From positions 83,144 to 147,143 of the forward strand of contig DAOTXW010000040.1 of NCBI GenBank assembly GCA_034435035.1: 64,000 nucleotides of DNA, read 5' to 3'. The stretch comes from Anaerolineae bacterium (GTDB taxonomy: Bacteria > Chloroflexota > Anaerolineae > Aggregatilineales > UBA3940). The translations under genes and the position numbers were made by a program. A model generated the notes under the pieces. That model was given only the letters and a program-made list of their open reading frames with translations, was not told the DNA's origin and made no database searches. Every line of letters begins with the position of its first letter. Position 1 is the stretch's first letter. Positions 25,880 through 34,882 of this stretch are shown here, in pieces.

Positions 25880-27430
25880 ATGGAGGATCCACTCATGCGT
25901 CAAGATCAAGGACTGAGGAACGCAGTGGTATTCGCAGTTGTTGTGCTGGCAGCGCTTGTCATGACCGGCCCGCCAGCACCCGCGGCGGCTGCAGGCGAAG
26001 AGGGGGTATGGCTGGCCGAATACTATGCTAACCGCGAGCTCTCGGGGCCGATCATTTTTTCAGAGACGTTGCCCGGGCCGTTTCTGATCAAAGAATGGCC
26101 ATGGGGGGAAGGCCCCAAGAATGGCGTACCGGATGACAAGTGGTCGGCCCGCTTCACTACCCACGCGACATTCCCGGGGGGGAACGTCAAGTTTTTGCTG
26201 AACTCGGATGATGGCTCACGGCTGTACCTCAATGGCGAAGTCATACTTGACGAATGGCATGAACGCGCCGCAACCTGGTATGCAGCCCGTGTGCTGCCTG
26301 TCCCCGCAGGCACCTACACGATCATGGTCGAATACTATGACACGGGCGGCATCAACAAGATAGAAGCGCTCTGGCAGGCAACCACTGATCTGCCCGCCGC
26401 GCCGGATGCCAATTTTGTGCCGGCGGGTACCGGGCAGGGCGGGGGCGGCCTGCCGACCGGGATACCGGTTGACATGTGGCGGGCGGACTACTACTCGAAC
26501 CGCGATCTGGAAGGGGCAATCACCTTCTCCGAGGTTCTGCCCGGCCCCTACCTGGAACGCGATTGGCTGTGGGGTTTTGGGCCACAGAATGGCGTGCCCG
26601 ATGATGAATGGTCGGCCCGCTTCACAACCCGGCATGTGTTCCCCGGAGGCAATGTCAAGTTTTTCATCAATTCGGACGATGGATCGCGGATGCTGTTAAA
26701 CGGTCAGGTGATCATCGACGAATGGCACGATCGTGCTGCCACCTGGTATACGGCGCGCGTCCTGCCGATTCCAGCCGGAATGTACGAGATCACGGTGGAG
26801 TACTACGAAGCATTCGGGATCAACAAAGTGTCAGCGGGGTTTGAACCGACAACCGATCTGCCGGCTGCGCCTGATGCGGGCTTTGTGCCGGCGCCCTTGC
26901 CCCCGGACCAACAGCCAGCCGCGCCAACTGGCCAGCCTGGCACGTCACCTGCGGGCGGGCAGGCAGAGGGCGGCCCGACTCTGGCCACCCCGCCCCCGGG
27001 CGGCATAGTCGTCGATGCCAATACACCTGCCTTTGCCTGGGCGGGATCAAACGAGTGGGGCTATGGCTTCGGCGGCCTGCTGGACAATCTCTACCTGTTT
27101 GTGGGCAATAGCGCTTTTGCGCCTCGCCTGTGGGCGCGCTGGAACCCATCGCTCCCCAGCGCTGGCTACTATGACATCTATGTCTGGATCCCGGCCAACC
27201 CGGCAGCTACAACCAATGCTCGCTACCGGGTGTTTCACAGCGGCACGCTGAGCCCTGTGATCGCGGTGAACCAGCGTGAGAATGGCGGTCAGTGGGTCTG
27301 GATCGGCAACTTCTACTTCGCACCCGGCGCAAGCCAGTACCTGTATCTCAATGACCTGACGTTCGAGTCGGCGGATTCTACCTGGGTGCTGTTTGATGCC
27401 GTGAAGTTCGTTTACAGCGACACCCAGTAG
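25880..27430 (+). CDS. Secreted protein with two PA14 domains and a C-terminal golvesin/Xly-CBD-like domain
   Basis: Signal peptide; two copies of W.A.YY.NR.L.G...WSARFTT...FxxNSDDGSR..LNG.VI.DEWH...VEYY. C-terminus WARWNPSLPSAGYYDIYVWIP...NARYRV...QWVWIG.F.F...FDAVKF. Confidence 0.85.
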   Translation: MEDPLMRQDQGLRNAVVFAVVVLAALVMTGPPAPAAAAGEEGVWLAEYYANRELSGPIIFSETLPGPFLIKEWPWGEGPKNGVPDDKWSARFTTHATFPGGNVKFLLNSDDGSRLYLNGEVILDEWHERAATWYAARVLPVPAGTYTIMVEYYDTGGINKIEALWQATTDLPAAPDANFVPAGTGQGGGGLPTGIPVDMWRADYYSNRDLEGAITFSEVLPGPYLERDWLWGFGPQNGVPDDEWSARFTTRHVFPGGNVKFFINSDDGSRMLLNGQVIIDEWHDRAATWYTARVLPIPAGMYEITVEYYEAFGINKVSAGFEPTTDLPAAPDAGFVPAPLPPDQQPAAPTGQPGTSPAGGQAEGGPTLATPPPGGIVVDANTPAFAWAGSNEWGYGFGGLLDNLYLFVGNSAFAPRLWARWNPSLPSAGYYDIYVWIPANPAATTNARYRVFHSGTLSPVIAVNQRENGGQWVWIGNFYFAPGASQYLYLNDLTFESADSTWVLFDAVKFVYSDTQ

Positions 27431-27445
27431 GGGGGCTTCTCCCCA

Positions 27446-27481
27446 CCGGGCGCGGGATCGGCTACCAGCCCCCGCGCCCGG
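27446..27481. terminator. GC-rich hairpin after the PA14 gene (no U-tract)
   Basis: 11-bp stem ccgggcgcggg/cccgcgcccgg, with an inner ggct/agcc pairing. Confidence 0.45.
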
Positions 27482-27572
27482 GGATTAAACCCGGATGTGT
27501 TTGCCCGGACCTGCGAGCCATGCTACGATGTCCATCAGGCCGACCGGGACCACAACAGGTGACGACAACAGC

Positions 27573-28352
27573 ATGGATAACAACCAATCAAACTATGACG
27601 CGCTTGATGTCCAGGCGCTGAGTTCCCTCTTGCTGAACGCAGACATGTCCCCGGAGGTTCACCGTGGAGCGCTGTCGGCGCTGGCCCGGCGCAGCCCCTA
27701 TCAGCGCAGCACTCTGATCATCCAGATTCTCCGCAGCGTCATGAGCCACCCTGATCGGTATGATCAGGAAGTCATGATGGCTCTGATTGATATTCTGGGG
27801 TCTGATCCAAATGCTGATGCAACAGCGGCCATGCTGGAAGTGCTGCCCGATATGCTGGAACAGGCCCTTGACCCGAAACGGGCGCTCAAACCGGAGTTTC
27901 GTGAGTACTTCTATCAGACACTTGTGACCAGGCAGCGCGAGGACGATCTGTCTGTCTGGGGTGAGATGCTGCCCAACCTGGAGGCCAAGACACTGGTTGC
28001 AATCCTGGTTGACCCGGTGGCACGGCCCCTGGAGGCACTCGAACCCCTGACTCTGATCGACCGGCTGCGGGAACCCAGCCGGACGAAGGCTCTTATCTCG
28101 GTCATTGCCGGGGTGGCACATACCGGCGGCGATCCCGCCAATGTGCAGAAGGCCGCTGCGCTGATCGCGAACTCAGCGGATGCCGATCAGCTCAAAGAAG
28201 GGATCAACGTCCTGGGCCAGCACTGGGATCGGGCCAAGAAGTCAGGGCGGCGAGCACAGACTGAGATGCTTGAGCGGGCTCTTTCGATCATCGATCCGGC
28301 TCCGCGCACGCCCACAGAGCGCTTGACTGGAAAACGGATGTGGGCTAAATAG
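27573..28352 (+). CDS. Hypothetical all-alpha (HEAT-like) protein
   Basis: Long ORF with amphipathic helices and no recognised motif; ATG 27573 preferred over 27495. Confidence 0.65.
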   Translation: MDNNQSNYDALDVQALSSLLLNADMSPEVHRGALSALARRSPYQRSTLIIQILRSVMSHPDRYDQEVMMALIDILGSDPNADATAAMLEVLPDMLEQALDPKRALKPEFREYFYQTLVTRQREDDLSVWGEMLPNLEAKTLVAILVDPVARPLEALEPLTLIDRLREPSRTKALISVIAGVAHTGGDPANVQKAAALIANSADADQLKEGINVLGQHWDRAKKSGRRAQTEMLERALSIIDPAPRTPTERLTGKRMWAK

Positions 28353-28523
28353 CTGCTCCCAACGAGCAGAATGTTTCGGCGCCGGGGATTTGGAACCGGC
28401 GTTTTGTCTGCTGCCGAAGCGGTACGCTGCTGGCAGGTGATTTTGTGATCCTCTGCGCCTGAAGTATAATCCCGCTACTGCAAACAAGACCTCAGCACAA
28501 TTTCCCAGCAGGAGTACCGATTC

Positions 28524-28886
28524 ATGACAAAGCCCAATCTGCGTCGGACACAGGATTTCCAGACGGCTATTGATCGCTACCACGAGCTGGCACACCAGAA
28601 TCCCTATGACACCAAGGTGCTGACCAGTCTTGCCTGGAGTTACGAGCGCGCTGGTGAATATCCACAGGCGGTGCAGCAGTTCAAGCAGGCTATTGGGATC
28701 GACCAGAACCAGCCTGATGCCTACTTCGGGCTTGGCCTGGCCTTGCTGGGCAACAACCAGATCAGCGATGCGATCGAGGCGCTTGAACAGGCTCACCGGC
28801 TGGCGGCACAGAGCGATGACCGCAGCTACATGGTGACGCTCCAGCACCAGGTTGACGTTCTGCTGAGGCTTTATCGCCCCGCCTGA
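28524..28886 (+). CDS. Small TPR-repeat protein
   Basis: LAWSYERAGEYPQAVQQFKQAI, AYFGLGLALLGNNQISDAIEAL; preceded by AGGAG. Confidence 0.85.
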   Translation: MTKPNLRRTQDFQTAIDRYHELAHQNPYDTKVLTSLAWSYERAGEYPQAVQQFKQAIGIDQNQPDAYFGLGLALLGNNQISDAIEALEQAHRLAAQSDDRSYMVTLQHQVDVLLRLYRPA

Positions 28887-28901
28887 ACCTGGAGTGCCGT
28901 A

Positions 28902-29903
28902 ATGAACAAACGACAGCGTCTGGAAGCTACTATCCATGGCGAAGTGGTGGATCGCGTTGCGGTGGCATTGTGGCGCCATTTCCCCGGTGATGACCAGCGC
29001 GCTGACGACCTTGCAGCAGCTCATCTGGCGTTCCAGGCCACCTACGATTGGGACTTCCTGAAAGTCTCTCCCGCCAGCAGTTTCTGCATCCGGGACTGGG
29101 GCGTGGAAGATCGCTGGTCAGGCAATACCGAAGGAACCCGCGACTACGGGCGGCGGATCGTGCAGTCACCGGAGGATTGGCTTAACCTCAAACTGCTCAA
29201 CCCGCTGGAAGGAGCGCTTGGCGAACAGCTGCGCTGCCTGCAGATACTTCACGCGGAGCTGAAGGGCAAAGTCCCGTTTGTCCAGACGGTGTTCAGCCCA
29301 CTGGCTCAGGCCAAGAACATCGCGGGCAACCGCAACCTGGTTGTCCACATGCGTCAGAATGCAGGCCAGGTGCATCACGCACTGCAAACGCTGACCGATA
29401 CCACGATCCGTTTCATTCACGAAGCCAAGGCGCATGGCATTGATGGGATCTATTATGCGGTGCAGCATGCCAGCTACATCCTGCTAAGCGAAGCAGAGTA
29501 TCAGGTATTCGGGCGGCCCTATGACCTGCAGGTGCTGCAGGCCGCCAACGATCTCTGGTTAAATATCCTGCATCTGCATGGCCCTCATGCGATGTTCGGC
29601 CTGGTGGCAGATTATCCGGTGCAGGTCCTGAACTGGCATGATCGGGAGTCGGCGCCGGCCCTTGAAACGGGCCTGAAGAAGATCAAGGGAGCAGCCTCGG
29701 GCGGAGTCGATCGGGATGTCCTGCATCAGGATGATCCGGCGCCTGCTCTTGAACAGGCTCGTGATGCTTTTGCGCGGACCGGTGGCCGACGCTGGATCCT
29801 GGGCACGGGTTGTGTGACTCTCGTCACTACCCCCATGGGCAATCTGCGCCGCCTGCGTGCGCTGGCCGATCACCTTAAGCCCGGGCAGGCAGCTCCGAAC
29901 TAG
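28902..29903 (+). CDS. Uroporphyrinogen-decarboxylase-like (UroD/MtaA superfamily) protein; probably not true HemE
   Basis: TIM-barrel family pattern (FVQTVFSPL, GIDGIYY, ILHLHG, ILGTGC), but the HemE RQAGR motif is absent. Confidence 0.75.
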   Translation: MNKRQRLEATIHGEVVDRVAVALWRHFPGDDQRADDLAAAHLAFQATYDWDFLKVSPASSFCIRDWGVEDRWSGNTEGTRDYGRRIVQSPEDWLNLKLLNPLEGALGEQLRCLQILHAELKGKVPFVQTVFSPLAQAKNIAGNRNLVVHMRQNAGQVHHALQTLTDTTIRFIHEAKAHGIDGIYYAVQHASYILLSEAEYQVFGRPYDLQVLQAANDLWLNILHLHGPHAMFGLVADYPVQVLNWHDRESAPALETGLKKIKGAASGGVDRDVLHQDDPAPALEQARDAFARTGGRRWILGTGCVTLVTTPMGNLRRLRALADHLKPGQAAPN

Positions 29904-29921
29904 CGCTATCATCATCTGTAG

Positions 29922-29960
29922 AAGCGGAGAGGGCGCTCCTGAAAGCGCCCTCTTGCTTTT
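29922..29960. terminator. Terminator between convergent genes
   Basis: 10-bp stem agagggcgct/agcgccctct with a cctgaa loop, followed by tgctttt. Confidence 0.75.
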
Positions 29961-29978
29961 GCGATACTCTGGATCGTG

Positions 29979-32900
29979 CTATTCAGCCGGTGAGCCGGCC
30001 GTATCCAGTTCATAAACCTGCACTAACCCGTTGGCCGTATCCACCACGTAAAGGCTGCTGTCTGTAGCCAGCACGGATCCGGCGAGGCCGATCGTTGTGT
30101 AATCGCCAAAGCTGTAAAGGTAGTCCCCTGCTGAGTTGAAGACAATTATCCGGTAGGCCTCGGGATCGGTTACGTACACATTGCCGCTGGCATCCACCTC
30201 GATGTACGGCCGCTCGTTGGTCTGGGCGAACCAGGCATCAACATACCACTGGCGCAGGTAGCGACCTTCCGGATCGAAGACCTGGATGCGCTGATTCCAG
30301 GTATCTGCCACGTAGATCGATCCATCCGGCCCTATCGCCAGCCCAACCGGCTCATCCAGCTCGCCCTCCTGCCCGCCTCCCGTGCCGATCTGCCGGACAA
30401 AGAAGCTCTCCCGGTTGAAGACCACGATCCGTTTGTTGCCGGTGTCCGCGAGGTAGATCCTGCCCTCATTATCGGTAGTGATACCCCGGGGGCCCCAGAA
30501 CGCCAGTGGGTCTCCTACATTAGGGCCTTCAAAGCCCCAGTTGCGCACATACTGCCCCTGAGCTGAGTACTCCACAATCCGGTGGTTCCATGTATCGGCG
30601 ATGTAGATCGTGCCGTCCGGCCCCACTGTGACATCCCAGGGCTCATTGACGGCGTCGGGAGCCGGGGCAAGGCCGTATTTGCTGAGGCTGCGAACGAAGT
30701 TGCCCTGCTGATCAAAGACGACAATACGGTGGTTGCCACTGTCGGCAATGTAGATCAGACCATCTGGCCCCATGCTGATGCCATGCGGGCGAGCCAGCAT
30801 GCCAGCGCCAAATGTTCGAACCGGCACCATCTCCCGGACGCCCTCGGCGTAGGGATCGGTGGCCTGTGCGATCTCGCTAGCCGCTACGCCGTAATCCCAT
30901 ACCTGGGCAAAAACATCCTTGCGGATGTAGACGCGCATACGCTCCGATACAGGCCACCGGCTGAGGGAGAAGTCTGGGCGTGCGCCCCGGTAAAGTGAGA
31001 CGGCATCGGCGTATGTGCTGTAGTCCCGGCGGAAGAAGATGTCGCGGATTCCCCGCTGGAGCCCGGGATCGGTCAGCACATCAGCCAGCATAGCCCGCAT
31101 CCGGGGCCACTCCTCGTAGCCGAAGTAATCCTGCATCGGCCACCACATCCGGATGTACTCGAACTGGTAATACCGCCCTCCCAGGAGCGGTTCAACTTTC
31201 GCCCAGTTGCCGGGCCCGGCGAGGATCACGGGGGCGTCTCCGATCAGGCCGCGCGATGGCTGTTCGCCGTAGTACACGGCATTGTAGTAATTGCGCAGAT
31301 ACCATGAAAGCGGCCACGAAACCTGGTTGTCGTAAGCAACGCGAAGCCCATAACCATCGGTGGTCTTGAGGGAAATCTCCTCAATCTGGTCCATCACCTG
31401 CTTCACCGCCCCCGCCGAGTGCGCGTAAACCAGATACTCATTGGCCTGGTCGTAGTTCACGAACGAGGCGATCAATGCGGTGCGGGCAGTAAGGAAGGCC
31501 AGCCACACGACCAGCCACAGCGCTGTCAGCCTCCAGAGCTGGGCGATCGCCAGACGGCGGGCTGTTGTAAACAGAGCTGCCACGGTCGCCGCCAGTACAA
31601 TGACGGCAGCTAGCCAGGCATAAGTAGCATAGAGATCGCTGACCCGCACTCCCTTGAAGACTCCCTGCTGGAAGCGTTCGGGAATCACCGTCGTGCAGGG
31701 TAGCTTCAGCGCCCCCAGGAGGACCTCGCCCCAGCCATGTGCCCCCGGCGGCGCTATGCCAGCGGTGGCTTCCACCGCCAGCGGGGGGGGAGGAACGACA
31801 GCTGAGCAGATCGGCCCCGTCACACGTAGAAGGGACACCAGCAGAAGCGGCAGCAGCAGCAGAACCAGCCAGGTGCTACCCTGGACAATCCGCTTCCACT
31901 CGATGCTCTCCAGCAGGCGCCCGACCATCCATCCGCCCAGCAGGATGAAGGGCGCTGTCAGGTGAGTGGTGAGCCACGGCATCTTCTCGCCGGCGATGCT
32001 GTAGGCCACGATGTTCAGGACGCCCCAGTAGGCAGTGAACGCGAAGATCGGGAACGCGATGGGAGCCTGAAGGTCTATGAATAAGCGCTGCCCGGGCCCG
32101 GCAGCCGCAGCATCGTTGCGGCCATCGGATGGGGGCAGGGATGCGGGCCGCAGGGCTGAGCGCACCAGCCGGCCAAGCCCAAGCGCACCGGCTGCCGCCG
32201 ATAGTATCACCGGCAGGAACTCGTATATCGGCAGCATGATCATCAGGTAGTAGTACCAGGGCTGGTTGCCGCGCTTGACCCCCTGCTGCTCCAGCCAGTA
32301 CGCAAGCGACCCGATTACCCCGGTCCCGAGTCCTGCCCCGTTGGTAAACATGGTCGTAAAGAAGAAGAGGAAGAACAACCAGAAGACGGCGCCGATGGCC
32401 CACCAGCGGCTGGCAAGGGCTGCCTGTACCCAGTCGAGCAGGTCCGGCTCCACCTCGATCTCGATGTTGTCTGCGCCCTCCGGGATCGATACCTGCGCCA
32501 GTTCCTCGGCTGTGAGTGCGTTAACCGGGACGCGAATACGGCGCCTGATCGGCTTCTGCATCCCCCATGCCACGCCCACCCCGATGCTGATGAACAACAT
32601 GGGCAGCGTGAACAGCAGGCTTGTGGCAACACCCTGTGAGGTCTCATCCATCGGGTTAAATCCCGCAGCATGGATCAGGAAAGGCGTCAGCATGGGCAGG
32701 ATCAGGGACCCCAGAACAATCATCACATCGAGTTCGGGGAATTGACGCAGCTGCTTCCACTGGCCTACCAGCACAGAGCCTGCCATAACGACCAGCGAGA
32801 GCGCCGAAGCGCCCATCAGCGCGATCTGCACCGGATCTCGCTCCGCGGTGACCGGTGCGGCCTCGTCCGGCAGCCCGGCAGCCGGATCAACCGGCGCGGC

Positions 32901-33698
32901 GGTCTCCGTCCCCCCGATGGTCTCTGCCGCGTGCTCCTGCAGCAGAAGATAGACGCCCAGAGCCGTCAGCGAGATCAGGGTGGCGATCAGGGCCGCCGCA
33001 AAGATCAGATTGAGCCGCCTGCTGTCCCAGCGCACATCCAGCAGCCGGGTGACAAAGTAGAGGGTCAGGAAGCTTCCGAATATGGCCACGTAGATAAATG
33101 ACACTTCCTTGGTCGCATACAGAATGGCGAAGCCAAAGGAAAGCCACAGCAGATAGCGGTTGCGCCGGGATTCGATGTAGTGCCAGATCGCCAGCACCAT
33201 GATCAGGGCGCCCAGCAGTGCTGGCATGTCCTCGCGAATGTAGCGCGAGTAGTACATGATTAGCGGTGAGATCAGGAACATGAAGGACGCTGCAAGCGCG
33301 CCGGTGCGTCCAAGCCAGCGGCGCGCCGCAATCGGCAGCATCACCACGATGATGCCGACCACGGCGGGGTAGATGCGTGCGCTGAAATCGCTGTCGCCGA
33401 AGAGCAGGTACATCAGAGCGGTGACGTGAAAGAGCAGCGGGCCGTGCATCAGCGGGGTATGCGCAAACCCGTCGCCGCGATAGAGTCCCCAGGAATACCG
33501 CGTGTGGAGACTTTCGTCGTGGCTCATCACACGAGCGCCGAGATCCCAGAAGCGTGTCAATACAGCCAGTATGAAGATGAGGGCGTAAGCCAGCTTCTCC
33601 CCATCGATGACCAGCAGCCGCGCGAGATGGCTTTCGAGTGCCGCCAGCGGGCGGGAAGCCGCATCAGGAGGTGTCAATGCCTGCTCTGTTGACGTCAT
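29979..33698 (-). CDS. TIGR03663-type GT-C (PMT_2-like) membrane glycosyltransferase fused to a six-bladed NHL beta-propeller
   Basis: RFWDLGARVMSHDESLH, HGPLLFH, YSRYIREDM, ATKEVSFI, GEKMPWLTTH, YAHS. Six NHL blades (PHGISMGPDGLIYIADSGNHRI and others). Confidence 0.88.
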   Translation of the reverse strand: MTSTEQALTPPDAASRPLAALESHLARLLVIDGEKLAYALIFILAVLTRFWDLGARVMSHDESLHTRYSWGLYRGDGFAHTPLMHGPLLFHVTALMYLLFGDSDFSARIYPAVVGIIVVMLPIAARRWLGRTGALAASFMFLISPLIMYYSRYIREDMPALLGALIMVLAIWHYIESRRNRYLLWLSFGFAILYATKEVSFIYVAIFGSFLTLYFVTRLLDVRWDSRRLNLIFAAALIATLISLTALGVYLLLQEHAAETIGGTETAAPVDPAAGLPDEAAPVTAERDPVQIALMGASALSLVVMAGSVLVGQWKQLRQFPELDVMIVLGSLILPMLTPFLIHAAGFNPMDETSQGVATSLLFTLPMLFISIGVGVAWGMQKPIRRRIRVPVNALTAEELAQVSIPEGADNIEIEVEPDLLDWVQAALASRWWAIGAVFWLFFLFFFTTMFTNGAGLGTGVIGSLAYWLEQQGVKRGNQPWYYYLMIMLPIYEFLPVILSAAAGALGLGRLVRSALRPASLPPSDGRNDAAAAGPGQRLFIDLQAPIAFPIFAFTAYWGVLNIVAYSIAGEKMPWLTTHLTAPFILLGGWMVGRLLESIEWKRIVQGSTWLVLLLLPLLLVSLLRVTGPICSAVVPPPPLAVEATAGIAPPGAHGWGEVLLGALKLPCTTVIPERFQQGVFKGVRVSDLYATYAWLAAVIVLAATVAALFTTARRLAIAQLWRLTALWLVVWLAFLTARTALIASFVNYDQANEYLVYAHSAGAVKQVMDQIEEISLKTTDGYGLRVAYDNQVSWPLSWYLRNYYNAVYYGEQPSRGLIGDAPVILAGPGNWAKVEPLLGGRYYQFEYIRMWWPMQDYFGYEEWPRMRAMLADVLTDPGLQRGIRDIFFRRDYSTYADAVSLYRGARPDFSLSRWPVSERMRVYIRKDVFAQVWDYGVAASEIAQATDPYAEGVREMVPVRTFGAGMLARPHGISMGPDGLIYIADSGNHRIVVFDQQGNFVRSLSKYGLAPAPDAVNEPWDVTVGPDGTIYIADTWNHRIVEYSAQGQYVRNWGFEGPNVGDPLAFWGPRGITTDNEGRIYLADTGNKRIVVFNRESFFVRQIGTGGGQEGELDEPVGLAIGPDGSIYVADTWNQRIQVFDPEGRYLRQWYVDAWFAQTNERPYIEVDASGNVYVTDPEAYRIIVFNSAGDYLYSFGDYTTIGLAGSVLATDSSLYVVDTANGLVQVYELDTAGSPAE

Positions 33699-33722
33699 AC
33701 TACTCCCCTAAATGAACTGGTA

Positions 33723-34220
33723 TCAGGGTGCATCGGGCGCGCGGACAGCCAGTGTTGGCTCTGCCAGCCGAGCGGGTGTGATCGTCGCCGCCGTGCCGGT
33801 CATTGTCCCGGTAGTTACATAGGCGGTCGCTGCCGGGGTAACCATGACAGGTGAAGCGGTCTCGCTCAATGCCGTGCCGGATGACAGCCGATTGCCCGGA
33901 TGCTGCATGCCCAGAGCCGCCGGCACCAGAAACATCAGCAGGCTGATGATTGCAGGCAGAAGATAGCCCGGGATATGGCGCTGCGCGGGCTGCCGCAGGG
34001 CCTCGGACACCGGTTGCCACCATTGCCTGACGACACTATCCGGCAGGGGGCGGCTCTGTCCCAATGCGCTTCGCAGGTCCGCGGCAGTCTGCTCATACAG
34101 CGCCAGTCGGCACAGGCACCGCTCGCAGCGGCGTATATGCCGATTCACCTGCGCTGCGGCCTTTGGGCTGAGCTGTCCGGTGACATAGGCGGCCAACAGA
34201 TGGTCAATGTGCCCTATCAT
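33723..34220 (-). CDS. Zinc-binding anti-sigma factor (ZAS/zf-HC2) with one TM helix and a Thr-rich tail
   Basis: LLAAYVTGQL...HIRRCERC (HxxxCxxC); TM YLLPAIISLLMFLVPAALG. ATG 34220 overlaps the sigma-factor stop (ATGA). Confidence 0.85.
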   Translation of the reverse strand: MIGHIDHLLAAYVTGQLSPKAAAQVNRHIRRCERCLCRLALYEQTAADLRSALGQSRPLPDSVVRQWWQPVSEALRQPAQRHIPGYLLPAIISLLMFLVPAALGMQHPGNRLSSGTALSETASPVMVTPAATAYVTTGTMTGTAATITPARLAEPTLAVRAPDAP

Positions 34221-34810
34221 CGTCCGAACGCTCCCTGCAGCAGCGCTTCGCGCTGACTGGCCAGCAGGTTGTACAGCGCTTCGTGCGCCAGCCGAACCCG
34301 CGACTCGGCGGTTTTCTGCGGGCATCCCAGCACCTCAGCCATCGCCTGGTAGGTCAGCCCATCGAAATATCGCAGCACAACCGCCTCACGCAGCTTCGGC
34401 GACAGCTGCGCCAGCGCAGCGAACAGCGCATCATGCACCCCATGCTGCTCCACCACCGATTCCGGGTGATCCTCCCCGGTCGACAGGTGGTCAGCCGCAT
34501 CGCCTGCCAGCATTACCGGAAGCCAGCGGCGGCGCTTGTTGCGGCAGCGGCTCAGAGTAATCATGTACAGCCATGTCTTGAAGGCTGATCGGGCGGGGTC
34601 GAACTGCCCGAGATTGCGGAACGCATAAATGAAGCTGTCCTGAACCACTTCCTCGGCATCCTGCGCATTCAGCAGGATCCCGTAAGCCAGCCGGTAGGTG
34701 GGCTGGACGTGCTGCTCGTACAGGGCTGCGCAGGCCAGCTGATCGCCAGCCTGTGCTCGGGCGATCAGGGCCTGAAGCGCGTTCGGGGCAGCATGCGATC
34801 CGCTATCCAT
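34217..34810 (-). CDS. ECF RNA polymerase sigma-70 factor
   Basis: AQAGDQLACAALY, DAEEVVQDSFI, FKTWLYMIT, LSPKLREAVVLRYFDGLTYQAMAEVLG, ESRVRLA. Start at 34810 or 34852. Confidence 0.93.
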   Translation of the reverse strand: MDSGSHAAPNALQALIARAQAGDQLACAALYEQHVQPTYRLAYGILLNAQDAEEVVQDSFIYAFRNLGQFDPARSAFKTWLYMITLSRCRNKRRRWLPVMLAGDAADHLSTGEDHPESVVEQHGVHDALFAALAQLSPKLREAVVLRYFDGLTYQAMAEVLGCPQKTAESRVRLAHEALYNLLASQREALLQGAFGR

Positions 34811-34882
34811 GGTCGGGGCCGCAGGTTCTATGCATTGCATCAGAGTATACACACACAGAAATACTTCCCCTCACTGCGGAGT

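Noticed and set aside
28902-29903. hemE gene symbol
   Set aside because: The RQAGR substrate motif is missing and there are no neighbouring heme genes.
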